Origin: Perkinsus chesapeaki ATCC PRA-425 | Taxonomy: Eukaryota > Protista > Perkinsozoa | Direction: 5' to 3' | Length of the DNA stretch: 64,000 nt | NCBI GenBank assembly: GCA_013115145.1 | Contig: JAAPAO010000022.1 | Coordinates: 62,001-126,000 of the forward strand | Part shown: one piece after another, positions 45,501 through 56,961 of the stretch | How positions within the stretch are numbered: the first letter of the stretch is position 1 | Layout: every line of letters begins with the position of its first letter | Notes under the pieces: generated by a model | Seen by the model: only the letters and a program-made list of their open reading frames with translations | Told to the model about the DNA's origin: nothing | The model's database searches: none | Made by a program: the position numbers and the translations under genes

Positions 45501-47271
45501 GGACGAAGGTCTGCATGCCCGCCGAGGCGAATCTCCTTTCAAGGTCTCGAACGTCAGCCAGGACGTCGAGGTGCGGTCGAAGTCCACCACCATTGGCGTC
45601 GGTATAGATGGTGAAACTGACACCAGAGATCCTCGGCAGACCTTTTCCATTTCGACCAACCTGACGAAGCTGCCCGCGAAGCTGTGCGCTATGATGGTTC
45701 CTCTGGCACTTGAAGATACCTGCATATCCTCGCCAGTGACACCTAAGATAGCCGATAGCCGCCCGGAAGTGGTGATAGTAGACAGGCACTTACCATTCCT
45801 AAAACTGAGGTCCAAGTTGTCCTTGGTGACCTTCGACATGGCCTGCCGGAGGACCAAGTTTACCTGTCGACCAACAAGCCGTTAGAGGACACCAACAAGA
45901 TAAACGTAATTGCGGCCAATTCCCAGACTTATACATTAGGCATACCCTACAACGGTTAGATAAGGGAATCCTAGTAACCTGCCACGGGGAGGCTAGGACA
46001 CTGATACCGGATATCGGTAGCTCGATTCTAGTATGTTTGCCGCCGCCGTCCGACAGCTTTCCCGACAATAAGTCGCTGGGGCCATCAACGATCACCGCCG
46101 CTTACTCTATCTCTGAACTTCTGAGTGTTCTCTGCGTTGAGGATCTCTATCTCTCCCTCGACCTCCATAGGAGAGTTGTCCAGTGGGCATCCTCGGAACA
46201 CTTGAAGATCGAAGGATGCAGTCTGTCCAGCTGATGACATCAGCAAAGCCTTCGCCAAGCATCTCTGAGACATCCGAACTATCCAACCACACCTGCCATC
46301 AAATGCTGCCCACATGAAGGGCCGCGTGGGCCGCTCGAGCAGTCTCTTCATGCTGCTCTGGAGTGAGACCACCAACTGGTACGTGGAGAGGCTCCGTCTA
46401 ATGGAGAGAAATGGTGAAGTAAGAAAAGTGGTGAAGGTCACTTACCGAGAAGACCAGCTCGGCGAACAGACCATCCTTAGCAACATCGTATATCACCGTA
46501 TAGACTGGGTTAAAGCCGGCTGCAGTGAGGGCGTGTACCCTAATAAAATGGTAATTAGCTCCTCCTCCTCCCCACCATCGGCATAGCTCTACATGATATC
46601 CTTGATCTTATCCATAGAAGGATGCTGGACATCCTGCTCTAGGAGCACCGGGTAAGGGAAACGTACTTTACCGATAACAGCCTGAAAAAGACGACGGTGA
46701 TGCTTTTCGAGACAGCTTGCACTATGGTAGCTGCACCTATCATATAAGCTGCTGCCGGTCTGGTAAGCATATAAAGTAACCAGACCCAGAGGCTGAACTA
46801 TGTACGGTTACCACTGTACAACCTACACCCCCTTTAAAGCAGAAGACTGACAGCTTTTACCGCAAACATCTACAAGGTGGGACACTTTTATCATAGGATA
46901 GTGTTGCACTGTGAGTGTTAGAACAAAGAAGGAATCCTTAAAAGGGAACTCAGTCTCAGTATCGAGCAATACAACTGCACAGAGCGAACCCCTTGAGCGG
47001 CCCGAGTCGTATGAAAGGCTCATATCGACCAAATCCCTCCTCAGGCCCTACCGCAGCGGTTGTTGTTGGTCGTTGTTGTTGTGCCGCTGACATGACCAGC
47101 GTATTGGTCGACATGGCGAAGGACCCAGCTAATTCGTAGAAGTGGCTGGGCTGTAGGCTGTCCAATAGATGGGAGCACTGAGAATAACATCCTCACGTCA
47201 CTGCGCCACAAAATTAATCCTTCTAACTCCACAAGCTGATGAAGTATACACTTGAACGCTTCGCTCGGCAC
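33583..47271 (-). CDS. Giant multi-exon multi-EF-hand protein, copy B (about 12 EF-hand loops)
   Basis: Loops DTNGDGLISFDE, DSNRDGVLSRYE, DTNRDGGISFQE, DFDGSNSITLGE, DFDGDG|YIDHHE, DKNNDGHLTGDE, DLDNDG|KLSDEE, DQDHDGKITVKE, DVNGDGLLTKEE, DLDRSGSIGRPE, DFDGDG|VLSEPE, DTNNDGELSD. Ends EVPWALWRLIVWRHLT. N-terminal blocks align with copy A (FDLQVFRGCPLDNSPMEVEGEIEILN vs FEVEVYRGSSLDSSPLEVEGDIEITN). Ends are approximate. Confidence 0.75.
38215..38400. repeat. 22-bp minisatellite (AAATTTTCCCCATAATTTTACT) x about 8, intronic in copy B
   Basis: Directly visible tandem copies with few variants, lying between the two halves of the DLDNDG|KLSDEE loop. Confidence 0.95.
40794..40891. repeat. 49-bp direct duplication, intronic in copy B
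   Basis: aatgcagaggaggaagcatgcgtcaa(t/c)gtgaggagagaatctcaat occurs at 40794 and 40843. Confidence 0.9.
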
Positions 47272-48405
47272 ACGCTCCTTCCGCCGCTGTCACCACCTAA
47301 AAGAGAGGTATTGGCAATGAAGTGATCTATTTTATAATATGAAAACGAGTAGAAGAAATGTTTTACTACGAATAAAAACCCAGCGACTTATTCTACAAAC
47401 CATAGAAGTTTCCCAGTGGTACGAAAACAACAACGTCATCATCATCAATGGGAGCCACGAGCAATAGACCACTCGCCGTTGCGGTTGCTGTACCAAATGA
47501 CTTTTGGTAACAAGTAGAGTGGGAAGTGTAGACGCTGCAGAGGACTTCACTCCTCCACCTCTTCCACTTACATGCATAAGATCAACAACACCAACCCCAC
47601 CAGCGCTCATATAAGCCTCGAATGGCCGGCAAACTCGACCACCCATCGACGAGCGGCAATCAGCAGACAGAAGACCCTTTTTAGTAGCATCCACCAAGGT
47701 GGTGGTGGCTAACCCCAGCACGGAACAGCAGTAGCCTATCAATCTCATTAAATAGAACAGGCTGTACACATGAGACGGCGCTTGAATTAACAACTCAAAG
47801 CTGCGGTGGTGGAGGCAAATCAATCTTTGGAAGTTTATTCACAATTTAACGACTGCTGGAAGTAGGCAAGTTGAGCTCATCAGAATCTTGGACGGAATCG
47901 TTGTTTTTCACGATACTTCTTGCGAGCTTCCTTCATCTCATGATTAAAACTAAACATCAATAAAGGCTGGTCGTGCGATTGGCCCAACACACACAAGGGA
48001 GTCGTCGAGTAGTCTCAGGTGCCAGACGGAGGAGGAATGTATGAAATGTTTCGGCCGTCGAGAAAAAATATTTTCCAGCGAAATTTCCGTTGTTTCTCCT
48101 CCACCGCATTTTTGTGAGGCGAGATGACTCCTTGATTAAATTTAATGTGATGAGACATCATCGAGGTACGTATTAGCTGGCAATTTTGTGGCGCGTGACG
48201 GAAGACCTCTTACTTTTCTTGCAGATTCTCCGGAGGTTCCCAAGTCATATCTGTATATCCCTTCCATTTAACCAAGTATTTACGCCTAACAATTAGCAAT
48301 ATTTCTTGCGCGCCACAAAAAATTAAACTTACCCATCAAACTGGACAATACTATCAACTATGAACCTAAAATATGGTGTCACCACCCCGTATCACCACCC
48401 TCCAC

Positions 48406-49116
48406 CTACCGACGCTCCCCATCGTCGTCCTCAAAGCCATTCTCGACAACATCAGAGTCACTCAGTATAGACATATCACTCGATGAGGAAGAGGAGGATG
48501 AAGTGTCGTCCTAATAACAATGCCAGCGAACATCACAACTCACTAATAACCTCATCATCGATCGGCTCGTTTGTTGGAACGATGAAATCGGACAAGTCGT
48601 CTGCGGGCTTCTTCCGTCGTTTCTTCTCCGAAACCTTGTACAGGTGCCCTACACTCCACCACTTCACTGCCGCCGCTCCCACTGCTCATCATATTACGTT
48701 TCTCTGGCTTTCGTTTAGGAGGAGGTGTTTGCTTGACAGAGCTGGCTCGAGGTGAAACTAACAACACTTCTCCATACCGCTCTCGCCGCAACTCAACGAA
48801 CAATTTCAGTATACCTCCATCAGAGCTGCTCTTCCGCTTCCCACCATCAGACCTTTTCTTTCCTTTTTTCTTTCCCTCCCCAACTCCCTCTGAAGCCGCT
48901 GTCGCCGTGGTCTCTGACGGTGACGCCGATCGTCCTGAATGACAACGTTCCAGTCGTCCACCGAACGACCCTGGTTCGAATCCCAGGCGCTGTACCTCTT
49001 CCTATTCGTGCTAGCTCTTCGCTATCAACCGGCTTCATTTCTTCCCGTAAGAGGTACACATTCCTTCGATGAACAGCGGCGTTCAACTGGATCAACAGGT
49101 CATCCAAAGCTGACAT
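48406..49116 (-). CDS. Hypothetical spliced protein, Lys-rich middle and acidic/Ser-rich C-terminus
   Basis: MSALDDLLIQLNAAVHRRNVYLLREE..., ...EGKKKGKKRSDGGKRK..., ...DDTSSSSSSSSDMSILSDSDVVENGFEDDDGERR*. Exon joins are uncertain. Confidence 0.5.
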
Positions 49117-49540
49117 CACATCACAGGGCAATCATCCTTCACGCGCCACGAAAGTACGCGTTACACCTAATCTTGCTCGTGTCTATATCATCCTCGGTTA
49201 ATTTAGTAATGATTTGACTACGCTGATGAGGTGGGGATGTACTCATGGGAGTATTACAAAATTCAATCTGAGAGAAGTTATCATTCATTCGATCACTGAC
49301 ACCTCAACTACGACTGGAATCTATCCCCCCCAGTGGAGCAGCTGACCGCGATGACTTCTCACTCTGTCCCCATTACTCATTCGACGGGCGGAATACCAAT
49401 AACGAGCCAACTAAGCATTGTCAAGGCAGCAGCCTCCTCACGATTAGTAAGTCACCGAATATTTAGTTTCAACCCAAGTCAACAACCCTGATGAAATGGA
49501 AACAACCATCACCAATAACTCAAAGTATCTCTTTGCCTCC

Positions 49541-52286
49541 TTATACGATACGCTCAAGGTCAGTGGCGTAACCTAGAGTCAACCTAAGATACGCCCCATT
49601 CATCACTCATTACCAATCATATTCGAAATCAAATCCAACGCTGGCATCGCAGAGGCATCATCGCGGATCTTCTTGAAAACAAGCCTAGCACAGCTAGAGG
49701 TGTCAGAAAAGCGCCGACAATGGGAAGATGATACCTATCACCCTCCACAACCCAGCGGGTGCTTAGTCTGTTCCTGAGCCTCGCTTGAGCTGGTGTAGAT
49801 GGATCCTCCAACTCCAAAGTCGATAGATTGGCTGAGAAAATAAGGAATGTTAATAAAAATACGATGATTAATAAAGTTGAACGGATTCCCACTAAAGCGA
49901 CAACTTAGTGTAATACTTCCCAACCTACAGCCTAGGTAGAGGGGCCATATGGAGTACTCAATAGGATGTATCAACAAAAAACGGATATCTTCACTTCCAC
50001 GGCGGTGGAAATGAGCTTGAAAGTGATCTGCGCTATCTTATGAGATCAAAAATTAGACATCACGTCTATGTAATGAATAGTCTGTAAATGATACCTAACT
50101 CGCCGAATGGTAGAAACGATCCCTTCTAGGTGAAGTGACCCATAAGCATATAGCGACTGACTAAGTTCAACTGCTGACAACAGCATCTGATATGACTTTG
50201 GTAATATCGAATTCATCATCTTATTATTCGAACCTATAGAGCTGCGTTATGAAAGATTCTGCTCTTTCACTATGAGCTGCTTGTATCCCCTATACCCATT
50301 CTACCTTCATCAGCGGCCTTCCTGTCATTCTCCGCCTTAGCAAACAACTCCAAAGACTTTTTATCATTCGGATCCATTAATAACATCTTGCACGCCGTCT
50401 TGGCGTTGAGTGAAGTATATGCCCTCTCCAAAGAGGAAGCTATCTTAATCCTATCACATTCCGCCATCCTACCGCTCCTCTCACGAATCATCTGCTATTA
50501 CCGCACTTGGTTAACCACACTCTGCAGCAGGAGCTCAGAATGCGGCAGATCCTTCGTGGCTTGGGATACGCATGCCTTCAGCTTTGTTCCATTACCCTCC
50601 ATAATGCAACGCTCCACTGCTACCTAATACAACAAAGGATACTAACATACGTCGAGCACGCATATCCAACGTCGACAGCAGCAGCAGAAGCAGCAGCCAA
50701 AGATGCGTCATCTCCCACACAGAATTGAACCGGGATGATACAGAGTAAAGGGTGAAGATCCTTCATGAAGATTGAACCTTAACGTGGTTGCCGATAGGCT
50801 TATAACGGTTAGATATCCTATAGAAGCCCCCCCCCGATTTAAGCTCCTCAATGCAAGTGATATTGAACTATTCATCACTTTATGCCACAGTATTAGTCAC
50901 ACCTTGCTCTTTACAACCCACTGCGACTACCTTATCACGTCAGGAGATTTCTGCTATTACTACTAACTAAATGAAAATTCAACCAAAAACTAGCCCTTCG
51001 CCGATTCCCAAATGATAAACCATCTAACCCTTAGTCACTCCCAAACATGCAACTTTATCAAGCAAGTTGTTACCGGCAGTTGAATCTGTGGTGTCCTCAT
51101 TAGCTCCTCCGGAAGCTGTTCCACCTCAGTATGAAACTCCCCAGTCCTATCAGCACTCTGAGGAAAGCCAGACATTAAAGTGCAGATGTTATAGAGCAAT
51201 ACCAATAGGAATAGGAGATAGAGCCCCATAATAGTAGGCATGTTCGGTGATGCAGCCTGGTGCTCGGGGTTCTCAAAGTAGTAGCGTCGAAGCTGGGTCA
51301 CCCGCCTTTCGAAAGCTGAATTAAATAGAGTTAAGCCATCATACGCAAGACGTCACGGAGGAATGCAGTTAGCGCTTCCTTCTGGGCCAAGCTCGCCGCA
51401 ATAGGAAAACTCCTTGGTCCACGAAAAACAAATTCCTGTGAGGTTAGATGAACGCATTCCAACTTCGGCAAGGATTGGCGATTATTTGTACAATAAAATA
51501 TAGATTCCACTATTCAGCGTCGAGATCGCTGTTACTTTTCTTAAATGGAAGTCTAAACTTCCCCATCGATCCGCTATATAAAATACATTTTCCAATAGAC
51601 GGAAATCACAGGAAATTTCCCCAAAAAATTTATCTTTCCCCGGCAAGATGTAGGCTACTGCTGGATTTATTCTATTTGTTTTTGCAGGTAACTACCAAAA
51701 ATAGACTCTGAACGGCCAAAAAATGTACTCAGGATTATATCATTAGTTGTATTGTAAATTTGTAGCGAACAAACGGTAGTAATTACTAGCAAAGTCATGA
51801 GAGTAGCAATATGAAGTGTATTAGAGGTAGTACAATATTAAACCGTTTATGGTACCTCCCATATCCCCAGCTTTCAATGCATCGACGGCAGCGGTCTCTA
51901 GAGTACCTCTGGCCCACTTGATAAAATCATCTAAATAAAGATCATCACATTAACAGACGAATTGCATTCTAAACTCGACATGAATTGACAGCATGGTATT
52001 CTTTATAGTGCGACATGAATTGACAGCATGGTATCCTTTATAGTGCGTTCTTGTACAGATTCCCTAACAACAAGTCCTCCAATTTTCCCCTGTATCTTCG
52101 TTTCTATATATTATATTTTCCCCAATCCATACCAACCTTGTGTTTTTAATCCCAATGTATTCCTTGCCTTAACAATGTCATCAGTGGGTGTGAACCCAAG
52201 AGCTAGCATGGCTACCTGCGACCACCTCCTTTCAAAGGCCACACTGATATTATTACCTCGGATTTGTCAATAGTAGCTGTCGACAT
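49541..52286 (-). CDS. RPN12: 26S proteasome regulatory subunit RPN12/PSMD8, multi-exon
   Basis: Exons VAMLALGFTPT; WARGTLETAAVDALKAGDMG; AFERRVTQLRRYYFE..IMGLYLLFLL|SADRTGEFHTEVEQLP; IASSLERAYTSL; RWVVEGD; ALDLISNMIG|YATDLERIV*. These match the conserved RPN12 motifs. The 5' end is tentative. Confidence 0.9.
51976..52047. repeat. 35-bp tandem duplication in an RPN12 intron
   Basis: cgacatgaattgacagcatggtat(t/c)ctttatagtg at 51976 and 52011. Confidence 0.9.
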
Positions 52287-52745
52287 TATACCAAGTTGGT
52301 TGGTAACGGTATGGTGGCATGATGTTGAGCTTCACGCGCCACGAAATGTAGCGCACGCCCAGCGGCTCATTTTCGATTTGCGTGCCAATGGCGCTGGGAA
52401 AGATACAAAATAGGTCAACTTGGTTACCCCTTTCAGCTTGCTTGATTGTATGAAGGCCCGGATAAATTTACGGCGGAAAACCCCTGGATCGCCTATGGCT
52501 GCCACACAGGCTGTGACCATCCCTGCAATAGGTAGACTCAGACTTTATTTTGATTTGAGCCTTGGCAAATAAACTTAATGGGGTCAAAAATGGAGAATGT
52601 TACCTATAAGAAGGGAAATGAAGTGTGGAATGCATTTCAATAGAAGTCTTACAAGATTATCAGTTCATCTTACCGGCGAACGCATTCCAGGTTTCCTATC
52701 CGTCTAGGGGCATGATTCTTGCAACATGTCCATCGTGTGTCTGCA

Positions 52746-52895
52746 TTCTATAATAAAGGGGAGAGTGAATAGTGGAATGCCTTCTATAATACAGGGGAGA
52801 GTGAATAGTGGAATGCCTTCTATAATACAGGGGAGAGTGAATAGTGGAATGCCTTCTATAGTAAAGGGGAAAGTGAATAGTGGATTTGGTTCTAT
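52746..52895. repeat. 36-bp minisatellite x4
   Basis: ttctataatacaggggagagtgaatagtggaatgcc units start at 52746, 52782, 52818 and 52854. Confidence 0.95.
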
Positions 52896-54050
52896 TTAAC
52901 GGCTAAAGTCAGGTGCTAATAGTGGATATGATCCTAGTGCTGGCTCGAGAAGCGTATCTTTCTCAAGTGAGGATCAGGAGAATCAACCTCCGGTATAAGT
53001 CTTGGTTAATAGTATTATTACATGCTTTTTAGAATGACCAGAATGGCCTAACACCACCAATGCGATCGAGCAATAAACGTAGGAGGCCATCTGTGGTAGG
53101 AAAGGGGGTTATGGGCACTTCATCGAAACTTAGTCAACCTCCTAAATAAGCTGGATCACTGTTAAGCCATCAATCCATAGTCTAAGTCTCCTCGTATTCT
53201 ACTCCTTCAGAGCCTTAGACACATTACCTATTGTAACAACGCTCATTAAGAAGATAATAAATATAGTTGCTTAATATAGTGTTTTAGGCCAAATGCGAGA
53301 CCTTTATCGGTGGCCCACCCTCCAGTAAAACATCCAAACGCATGCCAGAGGCCTCGGATGGAAATGCTCACTCGAGCGGTTTGATAGTAAGATACTTATT
53401 CATACCAGTAACATGCAGCTTAAGTTGCTCAGCTATTTGAGAATCCTGAGGATGGTAGTAGGCGGCTGGGCAACAGTCGAGGGGCCAGCAGTAGCAGTCA
53501 TCGTAATGTCGATAAACGACCGGGAACGGAGGCTGAAAGGGAAGATAAGGAAACTATGATGATGGACTGGAAATCTAAATTTACTGTAGGAATGGACGGG
53601 GATTTTCTGAGGGCTTTTTCCCAAAAAAATATTTCCGAAAATTTTGCCGGGGTCGGAAAATTGAGAAGAACTATTTGCTAACGGCGAGTAAGGTATGCAT
53701 CAGAAACAGTAATACGTCGAAGAAAAGAGCTGCTTTTGGTTCTCGATCGCAAACTATTACTGGAGATAGTTGGGAAATTGGAACGTTGGTTCTATTCGTT
53801 ATGTACTTCGGTATTCAATGTATCAATTCCCTTTGTATTATTATTATATTGATTATTATTTATCAAGCTGTAAGTCATACGTGAACGTCTTTTCAAAATT
53901 ATATGATCCACCTATAATTTTCGATCGTTTTTTAATATAGCGGCTTGATATATTTTGTGTATAATTCTTCCATGAATCTTCCATACTCCTTTTGGTTGCA
54001 CTTTCGGGTGAAGAACTCTCCACCATCGGAATTCGCTGTCTCATCGGGGT

Positions 54051-56620
54051 TTGTTCATTCAACCTCATAAAGTATCTTTCCAGCCGGGTGAGATAGTGAT
54101 AATACCACGCAGCGAGAATCGGTTGCATTATGGCACTGTTGTGGCAATTGATGAGAAACTGGTCAGTGTGGACTTGGGCAACAATATGGTAAAGAGGATG
54201 CCAACGCTACTTGTTGGAAAGTTGAGTAATAAGAGGAGAGAGCGGTATGAAGTTACGGTAATGTTATTTCAGGTGATTCCTCCAATGGGCATAACAATGA
54301 TATAATGTCGAAGGCTAAGACGGTTATGCATACTGTGGAGGCCATTAGCCATTACCTTTTAACCTCAGCTAAGTTGAAGAAACCTATTGATGATAATGTT
54401 AGGTGATACTGGTAGTTGTGTTGGGATGTGGAAAATGTGTAGAGTATATAACAAGTATTTCCCCCAACCTCACTTGTGCATCTGATACCATCGTTGACTC
54501 CACTTATATCCCCTCTCACCAATATCTGCCTATAAGGATTCTAATTGATGCATATAGAACGGTGAAGCATTGTGTAGTGTACCGCAGGTGCTCTGAGTGA
54601 TACACTCAGTATGCTTACTGACCACTAGCTCAGGGTATCTAAGACTGGTTCATATGATATAAAGCATTGTTTATCGTACTTCTACTACCCTATATTTATC
54701 AACCCGTATTATGTCTATACCGTAGAAGCAGGGAATGAAATGATCGTTGAACAAGTATCATCGCGGAATGGCTTTTTCGCCGATGAGTCGTTGTTGTTGT
54801 TTCGACTACAATTGCTGCTCCCCTCAGGAACCACTGTGTGTTCGTTCTTACCTATCAAGCCCGTCGCCTATTCGCCTTGCTTACCAAACAAGAGCATCAA
54901 TACAGTACTAGAGTAAGTGTAGAAGTGTTACGGTCAACACTTTACACTGCACCTCAGGTAGCACATGAAAACCATTCAATCGACGCTCTTGTGAGAGTCC
55001 GACAAGATCTTAGTAGCATCACCGGTACGATCGATAGGTTCCTGTCCCGGGAGCAGCATAGTAGCCAGGGCAGCGCCCAATAAGAAGGTGCATCTCAGTC
55101 GAACTGTATCAAGTGATTTTCAAATTAGTGTGATAACCTTCGTGTCGAGTTCTAGTCTGCTGGAAGCCAATCAAGATTCCTAGTATGTTATGTCATCGCG
55201 GACCTCACCAGTGTTGATACATCTGTGAGGGTCGTGCCAGCTAGCAAGGGGAGAGAGTCCCTATCAGTTATGATCTGACATCCCCCACAGTAAATACTGT
55301 CTTGTCCGAAGTAGTGGGAATTGGTGGAGCGTTCCATGCGGCAGTTGAGGTTGGCCAGCAGGCAGTGGGATGCTTATCTTCTCGGATTCGCCAGGTCTAC
55401 GGTGTTGAATGGAGCTTTGGGTACTGCCAGTACGGATGCGGTATTTTTGCAGTCCTACCGAAAGCTAGTAAGACATAGCTATATGTGTGTTACGAGTACA
55501 ATGGTGATAAGAGTTTCATGGCTGATGTGCTTAAAGTAGAGTGATCTATTCAACATGCGCTCATTTGCGAACAAAAACTTCGCAATAAATGATCCGAAGT
55601 TCCGAAAGTTAACAAAGTAGTAGCTCCTTCGGTGAATTACTACTAGTAATACTAATGAAGTACTACCTTAAAAACTGGTAGTGCTGTATTAGGTTCTATA
55701 GGGTACTATAGAGAGAGCCTGGCAGTCGGGGAATGCCAGCTTGAGGTGGTTCAAGTTGTGGGGGTTCTCGAAGATCTCAGAAAGGACTGGTCAGGAAAAT
55801 GCTATGATTTACTTAATAAGAACTGCACTCATTTCTGTGATGTATTTTTACATCTGTTGTTTCCTGAGCGAGGTGAGGATGGACTGATAGTGTAGTTGTG
55901 ATAACAGCTATTCTATCGAGGTGGGCCATTGCTGCCCCGGAAAGTCATAAGGCTGGCAGAGTTAGCTGACACTTGGATTAGAGGTAAGTAACAACCTTGC
56001 TGATATGCTGCCTAGGGATGGCACGCTCCTTTGAGAACTAAACCCCCTCACAAAATAATATGGCCTCTACACTTTTGAGCATAAAATACTAACGAGAAAG
56101 AGTTAGGACTTGATATTTTGTGAGAACAACTTTTTTACGATGCTGATATAAACTGTCATGAGACTTTATATTGGTTGAAGGGGGTCGTTGCAGCATCATT
56201 CGAGTTGCTTTTCGCATGGCCCAGTGGTTGGTCACGACTACATCGTTAAAAATAAGATTTTCTAATTCCCAAGGAGATGATTCTTAGTCGATGCCCCTCT
56301 CAATTAGATCCCTTGATGGATAGAATCTTGATGATGAATCCAAACGTGCAGTAGCAGATTGTGATACTCTACGAATTCCAAAAAGACCTTGGAGTCTCCG
56401 CAGATCATATCTCCAAGTTGGAGATATGATCTGCGGAGTTGTTCGTGGGGCGCTCTCCTGCTGCCTCCCCCTTCATATCAGGTCTCATCGCTACAGATGG
56501 TCCCCCACCAGAACGAGTAACCATATCAACTGTCGCCGAGGAGAGTATAATGCTTAGGGACTGGCAGGATATGTGGGATTCAGCGGTACAGAGGATGTAC
56601 AGCGAGGTGGTCGAATGGAT
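54051..56620 (+). CDS. PPPDE/DeSI (C97) peptidase gene; domain at about 55205-55870, with upstream and downstream exons tentatively included
   Basis: Hand-spliced PVLIHL|YDLTSPTVNTVLSEVVGIGGAFHAAVE|VYGVEWSFGYC..GYYRESLAVG..WSGKCYDLLNKNCTHFC carries the catalytic His (FH) and Cys (NC). Whether the 54.0-55.1 kb exons belong to this gene is unproven. Confidence 0.75.
56396..56438. repeat. Perfect 21-bp-arm inverted repeat with 1-nt loop
   Basis: ctccgcagatcatatctccaa-g-ttggagatatgatctgcggag. Confidence 0.97.
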
Positions 56621-56961
56621 AATATGACTTGTGCTTGCCAGGCGAGGGGTTGCATGGAGCTGCTGGGGGTATAGTGTGGCTGTTGGTGATGGTGGTGTGA
56701 TACACTCTATGGTGGATTATGAGCACGGAGGAGCTTACACATTTGATAGGGAGTGTCGGTCTACTTATCAACTGTAGGATGTTTGGGGGTAACAGTGTCA
56801 CTGTGGTCGTACAGCTGAATTTAATATTATGGTATTATGCTATTACGAAATTCTACTTTGTATGTTTCTAAACCTACCTAGTAGTTAGTTACCGACTATT
56901 TATGGTAGCTTACTAATACCTCTACCGTCACGGTTAGCTGCGTTTTCGATACTTGAGGCTC

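Noticed and set aside
44590-45885. 431-aa plus-strand ORF
   Set aside because: Antisense shadow of the copy B acidic exon; the minus strand has paralogue support in copy A.
52746-52895. Regularly spaced about 36-bp repeats as a CRISPR array
   Set aside because: Units are contiguous with no unique spacers, there are no cas genes, and the context is eukaryotic.
52400-53520. Possible minus-strand gene upstream of RPN12
   Set aside because: Only short fragments (e.g. MVTACVAAIGDPGVFRRKF) with no coherent splice model or homology, so it is not supported enough to list.
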